Source: Candidatus Omnitrophota bacterium
GTDB taxonomy: Bacteria > Omnitrophota > Gorgyraeia > 1-14-0-20-64-10
DNA: 64,000 bases
Reading direction: 5' to 3'
Assembly: GCA_016177405.1 (NCBI GenBank)
Contig: JACOVG010000024.1
Location: 7,079 to 71,078, forward strand
Below, piece by piece: positions 1 through 10,175 of this stretch. The position numbers and the translations under genes were made by a program. The notes beneath the pieces are model-generated. The model ran no database searches. It had not been told where the DNA came from and was given only the letters and a program-made list of their open reading frames with translations. How positions within the stretch are numbered: the stretch's first letter is position 1; every line of letters starts with the position of its first letter.

Positions 1-1
1 A

Positions 2-451
2 TGGATGGCCGACGCCCCCCTTTTCACGATCCCCTTCCTGGGCGGGGGGATGCGCGCGGCCGGCTACGTGCCGGTGAAGCGCGGCGACCCCAAAGCGGCC
101 CTGCGCAGCCTGGAACAGGCCAAGGAGTGGCTGGCGAAGGGAATCTCCGTCTTCATCTTTCCGGAGGGGACCCGCAGCCGCACCGGAGGGTTCGGGCGGT
201 TCCTGACCGGCGGATTCCGCCTGGCCGTCACCACCGGCACCCCGATCGTTCCGGTGGTCCTCGTGGGGAGCCGACAGCTTTTGCCCCGGGGAGGCTGGAT
301 CTTCCGATGGTGGGCGAGGCTTAAGATCCATGTTCTGCCCGCGGTCACCCCGGCCTCCTCGAATGCGAGCCAAGTGCGCGGGCTCGCCCGCCAGGTCCGG
401 GCGCAGATGGCCCGGGTGTACCGCCAGCATCTGAAGGAAATAAGAAGGTGA
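2..451 (+). CDS. plsC: 1-acyl-sn-glycerol-3-phosphate acyltransferase, C-terminal fragment (5' end lies outside the window)
   Basis: The translation contains the acyltransferase blocks FPEGTRSRTGG and PIVPVVLVGS. The upstream NHxxxxD block is absent, so the ORF is truncated by the window edge. Confidence 0.7.
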   Translation, partial: WMADAPLFTIPFLGGGMRAAGYVPVKRGDPKAALRSLEQAKEWLAKGISVFIFPEGTRSRTGGFGRFLTGGFRLAVTTGTPIVPVVLVGSRQLLPRGGWIFRWWARLKIHVLPAVTPASSNASQVRGLARQVRAQMARVYRQHLKEIRR

Positions 452-500
452 GAGGTGAAGGGTTGTCATTGCGAGCCCCGCAGGGGCGAAGCAATCTGGT
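452..500. repeat. REP-like palindromic element (GTCATTGCGAG...GAAGCAATCT family)
   Basis: The sequence gtcattgcgagccccgcaggggcgaagcaatctgg contains a ccccgcagggg hairpin. The same family recurs at 2764, 7625, 12440 and 17330. Confidence 0.6.
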
Positions 501-534
501 TTTTAGATTGTTTCAGGTACTTTGTACCTTCGCG

Positions 535-1401
535 ATGACGGCCGCTCTCCTTTCTCCTTTCAGCGGTCATCCCTCACCCGCTTGCGCGCAGGAGAGCCGC
601 GTGGGCGTGCTTATCCTGGCCCACGGCGGCGCGACCACCTGGAACGCGCAGGTGCAGGAGGCCGTCGTGGAGGCGGACCTCGGCCTGCCCACGGAGATTG
701 CCTTTGGCATGGGGATGGAACCCCGTGAGGCGGACCGCGTTCGGGAAGCGGTGAACCGGCTCACGGCGCGCGGCGTTCACGAGATCCTGGCGGTGCCGTT
801 TCTGATTTCCACCCATTCGAGCGTCTACCGCCAGTACGAGTATCTCTTGGGCCTAAGAAGGGAGCCCTCTTGGCCGGACCATCCGGTCAAGCCGGTCGAG
901 CTCACGATGCCGGTCCGCCTTGTTCAGGCGCTGGACGATTCCCCTTGGACGGGCGAGATCCTGCTCGCGCGGGCCCTGGCGTTGAGCGAGGACCCCTCCC
1001 GTGAGGCGGTGGTGCTGGTGGCGCATGGACCGGAGGAGGAAGCGGACAACGCCTCCTGGATGGAGGTCATGCAAAGACTGGGAGCGGATCTTCTGGCCAG
1101 AGGCGGTTTCGCCGCGTTCAGGGCGGCGACCCTTCGGGATGACGCGGAACCCAAAATCGAGGAGCAGGCGGTCCGGCAGTTGAGGGAAGAGGTCTCCTCC
1201 TTGTCCGGCTCCCTGCGGGTTCTGGTGGTCCCGCTGTTGATCAGCCAGGGGGGCATCGAGGAGAAGATCCCGGAGTGCCTGAAGGGGCTTCGCTACCGCT
1301 TTTCCGGCCAGGGGCTTCTGCCGCACCCGTACGCGGCCCGCTGGATCAGGGAGAGGGTGGAGTCAGCCTTTCCTGAAGCGGCCGCCGGCGGCCTGACCTA
1401 A
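535..1401 (+). CDS. cbiX: Sirohydrochlorin chelatase CbiX-like protein with two tandem CbiX halves
   Basis: The ORF track gives 448..1401, but its first 29 codons are encoded by the REP-like repeat. The in-frame ATG at 535 precedes the segments VLILAHGG...AVPFLIS and VVLVAHGPEEE...VVPLLIS, which are typical of CbiX. Confidence 0.65.
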   Translation: MTAALLSPFSGHPSPACAQESRVGVLILAHGGATTWNAQVQEAVVEADLGLPTEIAFGMGMEPREADRVREAVNRLTARGVHEILAVPFLISTHSSVYRQYEYLLGLRREPSWPDHPVKPVELTMPVRLVQALDDSPWTGEILLARALALSEDPSREAVVLVAHGPEEEADNASWMEVMQRLGADLLARGGFAAFRAATLRDDAEPKIEEQAVRQLREEVSSLSGSLRVLVVPLLISQGGIEEKIPECLKGLRYRFSGQGLLPHPYAARWIRERVESAFPEAAAGGLT

Positions 1402-1599
1402 AACAGCGGCCGCGATCACCAGAGGAACCGTCGCGTAAGGGATCTTCAGGGTGATCCTCAAGGCGATGACCAGTGGGATGGGAAGGTGAATCGCCACCCA
1501 CCAGGGTGCGGAGAACTTCCGGAATCCCTTCCGCCACCACCCGAAGGGCAGGTTGATCAGGAAGGTGGCCGCCAGAACCAGTAACAACTTAACCAGCAT
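1363..1599 (-). CDS. Small hydrophobic membrane protein (79 aa)
   Basis: The internal Met of minus-strand ORF 1363..1854 begins MLVKLLLVLAATFLINLPFGWW with two predicted TM segments. The upstream part of that ORF is a GC-rich shadow frame. Confidence 0.4.
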   Translation of the reverse strand: MLVKLLLVLAATFLINLPFGWWRKGFRKFSAPWWVAIHLPIPLVIALRITLKIPYATVPLVIAAAVLGQAAGGRFRKG

Positions 1600-1623
1600 A
1601 ACGCGTATGATATCATACCCACC

Positions 1624-2757
1624 ATGACCGACGTCAACTCGGCAATTCTCATTGTGGCGGCAAGCGAAACCGACGCCAATCTTTATTACGCCACCGGCTT
1701 CTGGGCGCCGGACCCCTTCATCTTCACCCGGATCGGCGGCCGCAGGATCCTGATCATGAGCGACCTGGAGCTGGACCGGGCCAAGGCCGAATCCAAGGCC
1801 GACGAGGTTCTCTCCCTCTCCAAGCTCCAAGCCGAGGTTAAACAGAAAACCCAAAGCCCGCCCGGCACCGCCGAGGTCTTGGACTGCCTATTCAAGGAAC
1901 GGCAGGTGAAGGAGGTCAAGGTGCCGGGCAATTTCCCGCTGGGGCTGGCCGACCGGCTCCGGGCCAAGGGTTACACCCTGACCGTCGGCCCAGAGCCCTT
2001 TTTCCCCGAGCGGACGGTCAAAAACCCCGACGAGGTGGCCGCCATCCGGGAGACCCTGCGGTTGACCGAGGAGGCCCTGGAGTCCGCCATTGAGGTCATT
2101 CAAGAATCGGAGGTGAAGGGTGACGAGCTTTGGCTGCGCGGGAAACCGCTCACCTCGGAGCTTGTCCGAAAGCTCCTGCACCTGACCCTGATGGGCTCCG
2201 ACTGCCTGGCCCGCGAGACGATTGTGGCGGGCGGCCGGCAGGCCTGCGACCCCCATGGCATCGGATCCGGCCCCTTAAAGGCCCACTGGCCGATTGTCCT
2301 GGACGTTTTTCCGGTCTCCGCCAAGACCCGCTACTATGCCGACATCACCCGCACGGTGGTGAAGGGCAAGGCCGCGCCCAAGGTCAAGAAGATGTACGCG
2401 GCGGTCCAGGCAGGGCAGGAGATTGCTTTTTCCAAATTAAAGGCAGGGGTGGACGGCAAGGCAATCCACACCGCGATCCTCGATCTATTCGAGAAAGAGG
2501 GCTTCCGCACTGGCGAGATGGACGGCCGGATGCAGGGTTTCTTCCATGGCACCGGCCACGGCCTGGGGTTGGAGATTCATGAGCCGCCCAGGATCAGCTC
2601 CGGCGGCGAGATCCTTCAGGCGGGCCAGGTGGTGACGGTGGAGCCGGGCCTCTACTATCTGGATGCCGGCGGCATCCGCCTGGAGGACGACGTCCTCATC
2701 ACTGCCGCCGGCTGTGAAAACCTCACCACCTTCCCCAAGCTCCTCGAGCTGACTTAG
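1624..2757 (+). CDS. pepP: Xaa-Pro aminopeptidase / M24 family peptidase
   Basis: The ORF is 377 aa. Its C-terminal pita-bread motifs HGTGHGLGLEIHE and VTVEPGLY match M24B peptidases. Confidence 0.85.
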   Translation: MTDVNSAILIVAASETDANLYYATGFWAPDPFIFTRIGGRRILIMSDLELDRAKAESKADEVLSLSKLQAEVKQKTQSPPGTAEVLDCLFKERQVKEVKVPGNFPLGLADRLRAKGYTLTVGPEPFFPERTVKNPDEVAAIRETLRLTEEALESAIEVIQESEVKGDELWLRGKPLTSELVRKLLHLTLMGSDCLARETIVAGGRQACDPHGIGSGPLKAHWPIVLDVFPVSAKTRYYADITRTVVKGKAAPKVKKMYAAVQAGQEIAFSKLKAGVDGKAIHTAILDLFEKEGFRTGEMDGRMQGFFHGTGHGLGLEIHEPPRISSGGEILQAGQVVTVEPGLYYLDAGGIRLEDDVLITAAGCENLTTFPKLLELT

Positions 2758-2763
2758 ATAACC

Positions 2764-2800
2764 AGTCATTGCGAGGCCTTCAGGCCGAAGCAATCTCGTT
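2764..2800. repeat. REP-like palindromic element
   Basis: The sequence gtcattgcgaggccttcaggccgaagcaatctcgtt lies immediately 3' of pepP. Confidence 0.6.
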
Positions 2801-2887
2801 CTTTGTTAATTGACATAAAGTTAGATATTATTTCTTGTTTTTTGGGCTGGATTCAGCCATACTTTTTGTATCTTACCGACTAAACCC

Positions 2888-5800
2888 ATGAGAAGAAACC
2901 CACTCTCAAGCAGGATCATCGCTTCCATCCTGGCCGGCGCCCTTTTCCTGCCCGCCACTGATGCGTCGGCGGGCAGGCCTGCCGGGCCCTCCCATGCCCT
3001 GCGGGAGACCCAAGAAGATCCTGGCACCCTTCAGGCGATCTCCGCCAAGCTCCAGAAGTCCACTGGTTTGGAGGAGCGGCCCAAGGGATTGCCTGGCAAG
3101 GGAATGTCTGGTTTTGAAGGGGCGGCGATTCAGAGTCTCCTTTTGATGGCGATGGTTGGGGCGCATAAGGCAGGAAACCTGGCGGAGATCATTCAGGGAG
3201 AGGAAGGGGAAGTTATTCTTGGTCCCAATGAGGTTGAACGCCTTTTTCAGCGCCCCGAAGTGATGGAGCGCCTGCCCTCCAAGGATGGAAAGCCGCATAA
3301 ATTTTCGGTTTGGTTGAACGGATTGATTTCCGGAAGTGCCTACAACGCTTCGATGAACATCCGGTTGATCAATTCCGGCTTGAACGATCTCTTCCGGTCG
3401 GTAAGAGCGTCGGACGGAGGAATCCCTAACGATGAGGATGATGAATTTTGCACCTGGCGGTTAAGGGACGCGGCCGTCTTGTTCAAGGAGGCTGGCATTC
3501 GGAATCTTCAATTGGTAAGGACCAAGACATACAAGAAGCCCCTGCTTGACAGGGTGGAGAAGTCCTTGCAGGGACTGCTTGCCCAATACCGGCAAAGAAA
3601 AGCGGAAGGGAAGAAGGTGTCGTCAGGGCAGATTAAACTCACTCCGTCAACCGCCGATTTGAGAACCTTGGGTGAGGATGGGATGAATCGCCGCGCGGCC
3701 AATAATTTTTTACTGCAGGCCTTTAAACCTCCCCGACAGGAAACAGCCCAGGCGTTTTTCGATGAATTTGGAATCACAGGGATCGAGATAGTGCTCTCCG
3801 GCAGGTCCTCGTCCTCCCCGAGGAATCCCCCGCGGGCCGGTGCTTCGGCTCGGCTCAGCACAGGCCTGGAGGAGGCAAGCGGCAGGGCCAAGGCGGACCG
3901 GCGGGCCGAGAGATTGGCTGGAGTTTTGCGCGCGAAGGTCGCGGCGCTGAACGATCCGAAGGAGGCCTTTCGATACCAGATTCATCCTGGCGGGATCCTG
4001 AAGCTGGCGCCTCCGGACGCGGCGAAATATTTGGCCAGGATGGCAAATCTAAGTCAGATTGCGGCGAACGATGCCTTGCGGAAAGCGATCAATCGCCACA
4101 ATCAAGAGGCCTTCGCGAGAAAGAAGAAGGATCATGCCGTCTCCAGCTTGGAAGGAAAAGGGATTCGCCGGTTGGAGATCGCGGTCTTAGGCGAAGTCTA
4201 CAACCCCGTGACCGTTGGGCAAGAGGTTTTCCGTGTGATTCATGAGACCCTGGGGAATCTTCGCGGCAGTATTCCCAAGGAGGTTGGAATCGTTGAGATC
4301 GCCGGATCCGACATCTCCGAATTCACCGAGGGGCAAGTCAGGAGAGATGTGCTCAATCCCAATCGGAATTTTTCGCTGGGTAAAGCCATACAAGAGGAGA
4401 TGAATCGGCTGCTTGAGAACCCTGGCGGCAGGATGATGAGGAAAGAGTTCGGCGTAACGCAATTCAGCGTTGTTCCGGCCAACAGGAGTCCTTGGCTTAG
4501 ACGGGTTCGAGAGTGGGAGGCGTACCGGGCCAACTTGGCCAAGGGCGAGGTTTCCGGTTCGACGGTTCCCCAGCCCAAAAGGCCGGCCGCCGATTTTGCC
4601 TTGGCGGCCAGTGAGATTATCCACAACCTGACAAAGAAACCAGCTCTTCTGGCCAGGCAGCGGGGGTGGATGGATAAGACGATGGGCGATGGATCCACCG
4701 GCCGGCCTTTCCAGGCGTTCCTGCACAGCGTGGTGGCCGCCTGGTTTTCAAACGGGACCATCGGCGTGGCCACCCTGCGAAGCAGAGAAGATTACCGGCA
4801 GGCGGTCAACCTCCTTTTGGAAATGGCTTTTCGCGGGACGTGTGATCTTGGAAGTTTCCAAGGCCCTGACAGCGTGAAAGAGCGGGTGATAGAGGCTGTC
4901 GCGCGCCTTGAGAAGGCAAGACAAGGCGGTGGGTTGGATGGAGCCGCCGAACAGGATGAACTGGTCCGGCTATGGGAAGAGGCGAAGGCGTTCCGAGACG
5001 GCCCTTTGAAGCTGACCGGGATTCGGATCGGCCCACTGCCTTATGGCACAAAGCTTGAGGACCGCTTACGAGAGATGAATCCGGCGACGCTCGCGGTCAA
5101 GGCACAGCCCCGGCGGGTCGGGCCCTGGAGGAGGTCGCCGACGGTGGTGGCCGGTGCCATCGCCAGAGGACTTCTTAGAACGAAAAAAGGTTCAGAGATT
5201 ATCCGGATGGAGGAGGGGATCCTGCAGAGGGCCGCTCCGGAAGCCCGCGATCGCCCTCTTTACCTTCTTTTGAGGCCCTCCTGGGCCGACAAGTTCTTAA
5301 ACGACTCTGGGGTGGATGGAAATCCCGCTTTGCTCGATACGGTCAACAAGGTTTTCCGCCTGGCCTTTGGATGGGAAGACCCCTTTTTCGGGGTAGAGCC
5401 AAACAGCCAGGAGGAAACGGAGCTGGTGGAGCTTTTTGCCAGGTGCATTTTGTCTGCTCCGCGCCAACTGCAGGAGGATTTGATCAACAGCGCCGGCGAC
5501 GAGGTGGCCGGGAGGATGGCCTCCCTTAAGAAGGAGAGAAAAAGCCAGCGGAGACCCCTGCAGGAAAAGAAGTTCCTTGATTTCTGGGAGGCCATCAAGG
5601 ATCTGAAAGAGATCGAAAATATGATAGGCATCGTCATCGAGCAGGTGGGTCCAAAGGGGTTTCCTGAAGAGCGTTTTTTGAGGTTAAACTGGCTTGGCCC
5701 GGTTGAGGCATCGCCCATGGAGTGGGATTCTAAAGACGTCTTCTCCCTGGAGGCAGCGGGCACCGGAGATGGCGCGCGCCAACCCCAGAAACCTTCGTTT

Positions 5801-7627
5801 CCAGACAACGAGTGGCTGGCGCTGGAAGCTGCCGTGAAGCAGGGTCGTCTCAGGTCCGGGGCGCCCATCTGGCACCCTGGGACAGGGCAGACGGGTGTTG
5901 TTGAGAGGATCGAAAGGAACGGTTCGGCGCTTCCTCAAATTCAGGTCAGGCTGAATTGGAAGACAGCTATTTTGGGGGGTCCGACAGGCCATTTGCTCTT
6001 GAATGGGGTGGAGCCGGAGGTCTCTGTTCCACTGCCTAAGCCGGAGCGTTTTTCCAAGGAGCTTGATCTGGCAGTCCGCAGAACAAAGGCGTGGGAAAAG
6101 GTTCCCTTCTCGCGAATCCGTCGGGCTTTTAAGCGCGCGTTGGAAGATTTGCCCTCGCCGAACCCGTCCGCCGATTGGGTCGTATTCCTGACCAGAGCCC
6201 ACCTGATGGGCGGAAGTAAGAGGGCGGTCCTGGATTTCTTTCCGGCCTTGCCGCAGCGGCTCCTCGACAGGATTTTTCTTTTGCAGGAGATTCACCCCAA
6301 GAGGGCCGATGTCTGGGACCCCTTGGTAGAGTTGGATCCCAGATGGAAGGAGCGGGTTGTTCTATACGAGAGCGTTGAGGAAACTGTCAGCAGGGTCAGG
6401 CCTGATAGAGGGAACCTGACGCCGCTGATGCGGCAGCTCGTCCGAGTTGAAAATCTTAAGGTGGTTGCCCGCGAGGCCTTGGGTCTTAAAAGAGCCCTGC
6501 CGCTGGTTGTCTCCATTGGAGAGCCAGCCAGGAAGAGCCGATCCAAGAGTCCGAAAACTGTTCCCCTTTCTTCCGAGCTCGCCAAGCTCATGGAATCCGA
6601 CGGGATCAAGGTGGTGTCTCTTGAGTACGACAAAGAAAGAGAGGCCTTCTTCATGGACCTCCTGACCGCCCTGGGGTTTTCCGATGAGGATGTTGCGGCC
6701 GCCAAAGATAAAATCACCGCGGCGCTGGTTAAGGTTTTAGAGAAAACAGCCGCTGCAGGCGTTCCGGCTCCGGCGGGACTTGGGGCCGGGCTGGAAGAGA
6801 ACCCGATGTTCGAGCCGGGAGGGTCCAGGTGGAATCCGGCGTACGGTGCCCGGATTCAGGAGGATGCCCGCTGTCTTCTGGTTGGCGTGAAGGGCGAGGT
6901 AAGGTCCGCCAAGGGACGGCAACGTCTCTGGATTCGGCTTCATCCCGGGGGGATGCTCAAGCTCGGCCAAGGTTACGTTGCGAAGCTTATTGAAGAAGGG
7001 AGCAGATCCGGGCGGACAGTCAGGCAAGTTTCTCTTGGGCGCAAGACGCCCCATGGCAATGGCCTTGGAGAGGAGCTTGCGAAGATCTTCCGGCTTGACG
7101 GATCGGCAGGGCAAAAACTCGAGACTCAAGCGCGAGCCCTTAAAGAGGAAGGCATCGAGGGCATCCAGATCGTCAGCGAGGTGGATTCTCTCAATGACCG
7201 CAGGATGTTGGCGGCCGCCCTGAAGGAACTTCGGCCTGCTGTAAACGGCGCGCTCCGCAAGAAGAAGTCCAAGATCGCCACCGCCATCGTCAGAAGAGAA
7301 GACGGGAAGTTAAGCATCACCTGGTCTTCTTTCATGAAGCTGTTGGGGATCAATAGGATGAGGAGCGGTAAGGTCGTTGAGGATCTGGGGCCTCCCAAGC
7401 GGATAAACCGATTGGCCAAAGAGGTTTTCCAGAATGGCGCGATTCCTCAAGGCGGGTGGGGATCTGAAAAGGAAGCGGCCTCTTTCCTCGCGGATGTCAC
7501 CCGGTTCAAGAAGGCCGGCATTATCTCTTTCGAGATTTCAATGCCTTCTGGTTCGCGGGAAGCGACGGGATTAGAGGAGAGAACGAAGGAGCTTTACCGG
7601 GCGCGCGAGCTGGATTCCAAGGCCTAG
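2888..7627 (+). CDS. Very large secreted hypothetical protein (1579 aa) with no recognised domain
   Basis: The ORF is uninterrupted and opens with a signal peptide (MRRNPLSSRIIASILAGALFLPATDASAG). It is Glu/Arg/Leu-rich and has no nucleotide-binding or catalytic motifs. A TTGACA -35-like hexamer lies upstream at 2810-2815. Confidence 0.6.
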   Translation: MRRNPLSSRIIASILAGALFLPATDASAGRPAGPSHALRETQEDPGTLQAISAKLQKSTGLEERPKGLPGKGMSGFEGAAIQSLLLMAMVGAHKAGNLAEIIQGEEGEVILGPNEVERLFQRPEVMERLPSKDGKPHKFSVWLNGLISGSAYNASMNIRLINSGLNDLFRSVRASDGGIPNDEDDEFCTWRLRDAAVLFKEAGIRNLQLVRTKTYKKPLLDRVEKSLQGLLAQYRQRKAEGKKVSSGQIKLTPSTADLRTLGEDGMNRRAANNFLLQAFKPPRQETAQAFFDEFGITGIEIVLSGRSSSSPRNPPRAGASARLSTGLEEASGRAKADRRAERLAGVLRAKVAALNDPKEAFRYQIHPGGILKLAPPDAAKYLARMANLSQIAANDALRKAINRHNQEAFARKKKDHAVSSLEGKGIRRLEIAVLGEVYNPVTVGQEVFRVIHETLGNLRGSIPKEVGIVEIAGSDISEFTEGQVRRDVLNPNRNFSLGKAIQEEMNRLLENPGGRMMRKEFGVTQFSVVPANRSPWLRRVREWEAYRANLAKGEVSGSTVPQPKRPAADFALAASEIIHNLTKKPALLARQRGWMDKTMGDGSTGRPFQAFLHSVVAAWFSNGTIGVATLRSREDYRQAVNLLLEMAFRGTCDLGSFQGPDSVKERVIEAVARLEKARQGGGLDGAAEQDELVRLWEEAKAFRDGPLKLTGIRIGPLPYGTKLEDRLREMNPATLAVKAQPRRVGPWRRSPTVVAGAIARGLLRTKKGSEIIRMEEGILQRAAPEARDRPLYLLLRPSWADKFLNDSGVDGNPALLDTVNKVFRLAFGWEDPFFGVEPNSQEETELVELFARCILSAPRQLQEDLINSAGDEVAGRMASLKKERKSQRRPLQEKKFLDFWEAIKDLKEIENMIGIVIEQVGPKGFPEERFLRLNWLGPVEASPMEWDSKDVFSLEAAGTGDGARQPQKPSFPDNEWLALEAAVKQGRLRSGAPIWHPGTGQTGVVERIERNGSALPQIQVRLNWKTAILGGPTGHLLLNGVEPEVSVPLPKPERFSKELDLAVRRTKAWEKVPFSRIRRAFKRALEDLPSPNPSADWVVFLTRAHLMGGSKRAVLDFFPALPQRLLDRIFLLQEIHPKRADVWDPLVELDPRWKERVVLYESVEETVSRVRPDRGNLTPLMRQLVRVENLKVVAREALGLKRALPLVVSIGEPARKSRSKSPKTVPLSSELAKLMESDGIKVVSLEYDKEREAFFMDLLTALGFSDEDVAAAKDKITAALVKVLEKTAAAGVPAPAGLGAGLEENPMFEPGGSRWNPAYGARIQEDARCLLVGVKGEVRSAKGRQRLWIRLHPGGMLKLGQGYVAKLIEEGSRSGRTVRQVSLGRKTPHGNGLGEELAKIFRLDGSAGQKLETQARALKEEGIEGIQIVSEVDSLNDRRMLAAALKELRPAVNGALRKKKSKIATAIVRREDGKLSITWSSFMKLLGINRMRSGKVVEDLGPPKRINRLAKEVFQNGAIPQGGWGSEKEAASFLADVTRFKKAGIISFEISMPSGSREATGLEERTKELYRARELDSKA

Positions 7628-7740
7628 AGAGATCTCGTTTTTCAAAGCGAGATCGCCACGCCCCCGCCTATGGCGGGGGCTCGCGATGACGGTTTTGAAA
7701 TGGGCGCTTAGCTTCAAATGAAGTAATCTCGCTTTCGCGC
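7625..7740. repeat. Cluster of REP-like palindromic elements
   Basis: Three hairpins are present: gagatctcg..cgagatc, gcccccgcc-tat-ggcgggggc, and ctcgcgatgac / gaagtaatctcgc half-sites. The cluster lies between the giant ORF and leuD. Confidence 0.55.
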
Positions 7741-8297
7741 TTAAGGGTGAGGCCGATCTCATCCAGCCCGCGGATCAGGTGCTCCTTCACCCCGCCGTCC
7801 ATCTCGAAGTGGAAGGAGATCTCCTCCGGCAGGTGTAAGGTGACCCGCTGTTCCTCCAGGTTGGCCGTGGCTGTAAGCCCCTTGCAGCGCCCCGCCATCT
7901 GAAAAATCTCCTCCACCTCGGCCTCGGTCAGCGTGAGGGTGAGCAGGCCGTTTTTCACCGAGTTGTTCCGGAAGATGTCGGCGAAGCCGGCGGCGATCAC
8001 TGCTTTAAAACCGTACTGCTGGATGGCCCAGACCGCGTGCTCCCGCGAGGAGCCACAGCCGAAGTTGTTCCGCGCCACCAGGATGGAAGCCCCCTGGAAC
8101 TCCGGCCGGTTCAGCTCGAACTGGGGGTTGGGTTTGCCATCGGCCAGAAACCGCCAGTCGTGAAACAGGCCCTTCTCGAAGCCGGTCCGGCCGATCGCCT
8201 TCAAAAACTGCTTGGGGATGATCTGGTCGGTGTCCACGTTGGAGCGGTCCAGCGTGGCGATGAGGCCCTTATGCGACCGGAAAGGGGTCATGCCCAT
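7668..8297 (-). CDS. leuD: 3-isopropylmalate dehydratase small subunit
   Basis: This is the C-terminal 209 codons of minus-strand ORF 7668..9224 ([32 protein letters not shown]...). Its start overlaps the leuC stop as ATGA. Confidence 0.9.
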   Translation of the reverse strand: MGMTPFRSHKGLIATLDRSNVDTDQIIPKQFLKAIGRTGFEKGLFHDWRFLADGKPNPQFELNRPEFQGASILVARNNFGCGSSREHAVWAIQQYGFKAVIAAGFADIFRNNSVKNGLLTLTLTEAEVEEIFQMAGRCKGLTATANLEEQRVTLHLPEEISFHFEMDGGVKEHLIRGLDEIGLTLKRESEITSFEAKRPFQNRHREPPP

Positions 8298-9688
8298 GTT
8301 CGGATGTCCACGAAGCGGCCGGCGATGGCGGCGGCGGCGGCCATCTCCGGGCTCACCAGATGGGTCCGGCCTCCCTTGCCCTGGCGGCCCTCGAAGTTCC
8401 GGTTGGAGGTGGAGGCGCACCTCTGGCCGGGCTTCAGCTGATCCGGGTTCATCCCCAGGCACATGCTGCAGCCGGCAAAGCGCCAGTCGCATCCGGCCTC
8501 CTTGAAGACGCGGTCCAGCCCCTCGGATTCGGCCTGGCGGCGGACCTGCTCGGAGCCGGGCACCACCAGGACCTGAACGCCGTCCGCCTTCTTGCGGCCC
8601 TTCAAGATCTTGGCCGCCGCGCGCAGATCCTCGATCCGGGCGTTGGTGCAGCTTCCGATGAAGACCACATCCAGCTTCAGGCCGGTGATCGGCGTGCCGG
8701 GGACAAGCCCCATGTAGGCCAGGGCCTGCTCGACATCCTTGCGGGCCATCCCGGGCACCTGATCCGGCTGGGGCACGCGCCCGGTGATATCCACCACCAT
8801 CCCGGGGTTGGTCCCCCAGGTGACCTGCGGGGCGATTTGACCGGCGTCGATCGTGAGCTCTTTGTCGAATTTCGCCTCCGGGTCGCTGGGCAAGGTCCGC
8901 CAGCAGGCCAGCGCCTTCTCCAGCTCTTTGCCCTGCGGGGCGAAGGGCCGGGCGCCGGAGGCGAGGTACTCGAAGGTGGTATCGTCCGGGGCGATCATCC
9001 CGGCCCGGGCGCCGGCCTCGATGGACATGTTGCAGACCGTCATCCGGGCCTCCATGGAGAGGCCCCGGATGGCCGGGCCGCAGTACTCGAAGACATGGCC
9101 GGTTCCCCCGGCGGTGCCGATGGCGCCGATCAGCTTCAGGATCATGTCCTTGGCGGTCACGCGGGGCTTGAGGTTTCCGGCGAACTCCACCTTGAAGGTG
9201 AGCGGTTTCTTCTGGCGCAGGCACTGCGTGGCCAGGACGTGCTCCACCTCGGAGGTGCCGATCCCGAAGGCGAGGGTGCCGAAGGCGCCGTGGGTGGAGG
9301 TGTGGGAGTCGCCGCAGACGACGGTGGCCCCGGGCAGGGTGAGCCCCAGCTCCGGGCCGATGATGTGGACGATTCCCTGCTTGTCGCTGGCCAGGTCGTA
9401 GAGGGCGATGCCGAACTCGGCGCAGTTCTTGGCCAGGGCCTCGATCTGGGCGCGGGAGATCGGGTCCGCGATGGCAAGCCGGTCTGATGTGGGGACGTTG
9501 TGGTCCATGGTGGCGAAGGTGAGCTCCGGCCGCCGGACCTTGCGGTTGGCCAGGCGCAACCCCTCAAAGGCCTGGGGGCTGGTCACCTCGTGCACCAGGT
9601 GCCGATCAACGTAAAGCAGGGCATTCCCATCGGGCAGGGCGGCCACGATGTGGGAGTCCCAGATCTTCTCGAAGAGGGTCTTAGGCAT
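8288..9688 (-). CDS. leuC: 3-isopropylmalate dehydratase large subunit
   Basis: The translation begins with the canonical LeuC N-terminus [15 protein letters not shown] and continues with aconitase-family segments. The start was set at CAT 9686-9688 within ORF 8288..9787. Confidence 0.93.
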   Translation of the reverse strand: MPKTLFEKIWDSHIVAALPDGNALLYVDRHLVHEVTSPQAFEGLRLANRKVRRPELTFATMDHNVPTSDRLAIADPISRAQIEALAKNCAEFGIALYDLASDKQGIVHIIGPELGLTLPGATVVCGDSHTSTHGAFGTLAFGIGTSEVEHVLATQCLRQKKPLTFKVEFAGNLKPRVTAKDMILKLIGAIGTAGGTGHVFEYCGPAIRGLSMEARMTVCNMSIEAGARAGMIAPDDTTFEYLASGARPFAPQGKELEKALACWRTLPSDPEAKFDKELTIDAGQIAPQVTWGTNPGMVVDITGRVPQPDQVPGMARKDVEQALAYMGLVPGTPITGLKLDVVFIGSCTNARIEDLRAAAKILKGRKKADGVQVLVVPGSEQVRRQAESEGLDRVFKEAGCDWRFAGCSMCLGMNPDQLKPGQRCASTSNRNFEGRQGKGGRTHLVSPEMAAAAAIAGRFVDIRTWA

Positions 9689-10175
9689 CCGGCTTGCGCT
9701 CGTAGGTGATGAAGCTGTAGGCGTAAGGATTCTCCGGATCGGCCTGGTGGTCTTCACGCGAGGTTTGGGCCCAGATTGCCGGGTCAACCGGGAAGAGGAA
9801 CCGGTCTCCCTCGAAGTCTTGGTGAAGCCGCGTGAGATAGATCCTGCCGGCCAGCGGCAGGGCCTCCCGGTAAAGGGTTTCCCCGCCGATCACAAAAACC
9901 TCCTCCTCATCCCGGCAGCGCTCCAGGGCTTCTTCGAGGGAATGGGCGATCAGACAGCCGCTGGCCTTAAGGCTTGGCTGGTTCGTGACCACGAGGTTGG
10001 TTCTGCCCGGCAGGGGCTTGCCGATCGACTCGAAGGTTTTCCGGCCCATGACGACCGGATGGTTCAGGGTGAGCGCCTTGAACCGCTTCAAATCGGCAGG
10101 CAGCCGCCAGGGAAGATGGTTGTCGATCCCGATGGCGCCGTTGGCGGAGGCGGCGCAGATTAAGGAGAGAATCAT
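9681..10175 (-). CDS. folA: Dihydrofolate reductase
   Basis: The motif [33 protein letters not shown] is typical of DHFR. The ORF is 164 aa. Confidence 0.9.
   Translation of the reverse strand: MILSLICAASANGAIGIDNHLPWRLPADLKRFKALTLNHPVVMGRKTFESIGKPLPGRTNLVVTNQPSLKASGCLIAHSLEEALERCRDEEEVFVIGGETLYREALPLAGRIYLTRLHQDFEGDRFLFPVDPAIWAQTSREDHQADPENPYAYSFITYERKPDA

Noticed and set aside
7668-9224. A 518-aa minus-strand ORF was listed as one protein.
   Set aside because: Only the C-terminal 209 codons are LeuD. The N-terminal part is a frame overlapping leuC (8288-9688) and is Gly/Arg/Pro-rich, which is typical of spurious GC-rich frames.
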